NCBI RefSeq assembly: GCF_964355755.1
Contig: NC_092675.1
Coordinates: 15,906,912 to 15,970,911, forward strand
Origin: Antedon mediterranea
Taxonomy: Eukaryota; Animalia; Echinodermata
Reading direction: 5' to 3'
DNA: 64,000 bases
A model generated the notes under the pieces. It was not told the origin of the DNA. It did no database searches and saw nothing but the letters and a program-made list of their open reading frames with translations. Both the position numbers and the translations under genes were made by a program. This document shows, piece by piece, positions 63,841 to 64,000 of this stretch; within the stretch, counting starts at the first letter, position 1, and every line of letters begins with the position of its first letter.

Positions 63841-64000
63841 ACAAAAAAAAAGAATCTTGTTGAGATTTAGTTTGTAAATAGACACAGTTCAAAATATTCA
63901 TTAGGAAATATTGATAACTGTATTTAAAAACATCTATAATAATATTAATCGACCCTTTCTTTTTATGGCTGTTCCGCTAGTGTTTGACAAAACATGTCTC

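Overview
AT-rich animal genomic DNA with spliceosomal introns, LINEs, SINEs and Penelope elements. The Deu/Nin-type SINEs and repeat content suggest a marine invertebrate deuterostome such as an echinoderm (inference). Two host genes diverge across a roughly 24 kb transposon pile-up at about 25-49 kb. (1) A minus-strand gene, unidentified and running off the left edge, has probable non-coding 5' exons near 24.7-25 kb, a signal-peptide exon (3158-3221) and two microexons of 18 and 30 nt. (2) A complete 7-exon, 626-aa LDL-receptor-family gene (50094-56451, +) has only three LDLa repeats, a half EGF-A, no NPxY and a C-terminal ETKI. The pile-up holds nested elements whose order can be read from the sequence: CR1 inside L1/Tx1 inside Penelope, and a SINE inside Sola3 inside Penelope. 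It also holds four hammerhead ribozymes and a 2A-like motif in a CR1/L2 relic. The best candidate for an undescribed system is a mobile, tandem ~366-bp unit carrying an internal, fully paired 72-nt tRNA cloverleaf (Arg-like body, ATC anticodon, T5 terminator) that is repeatedly joined to Penelope pseudo-LTR ends. Paired repeat copies also show directly that the common TACWGTA and TAGGCCTA words are insertions at TA, like transposon excision scars. All calls were made by eye; no searches were run.
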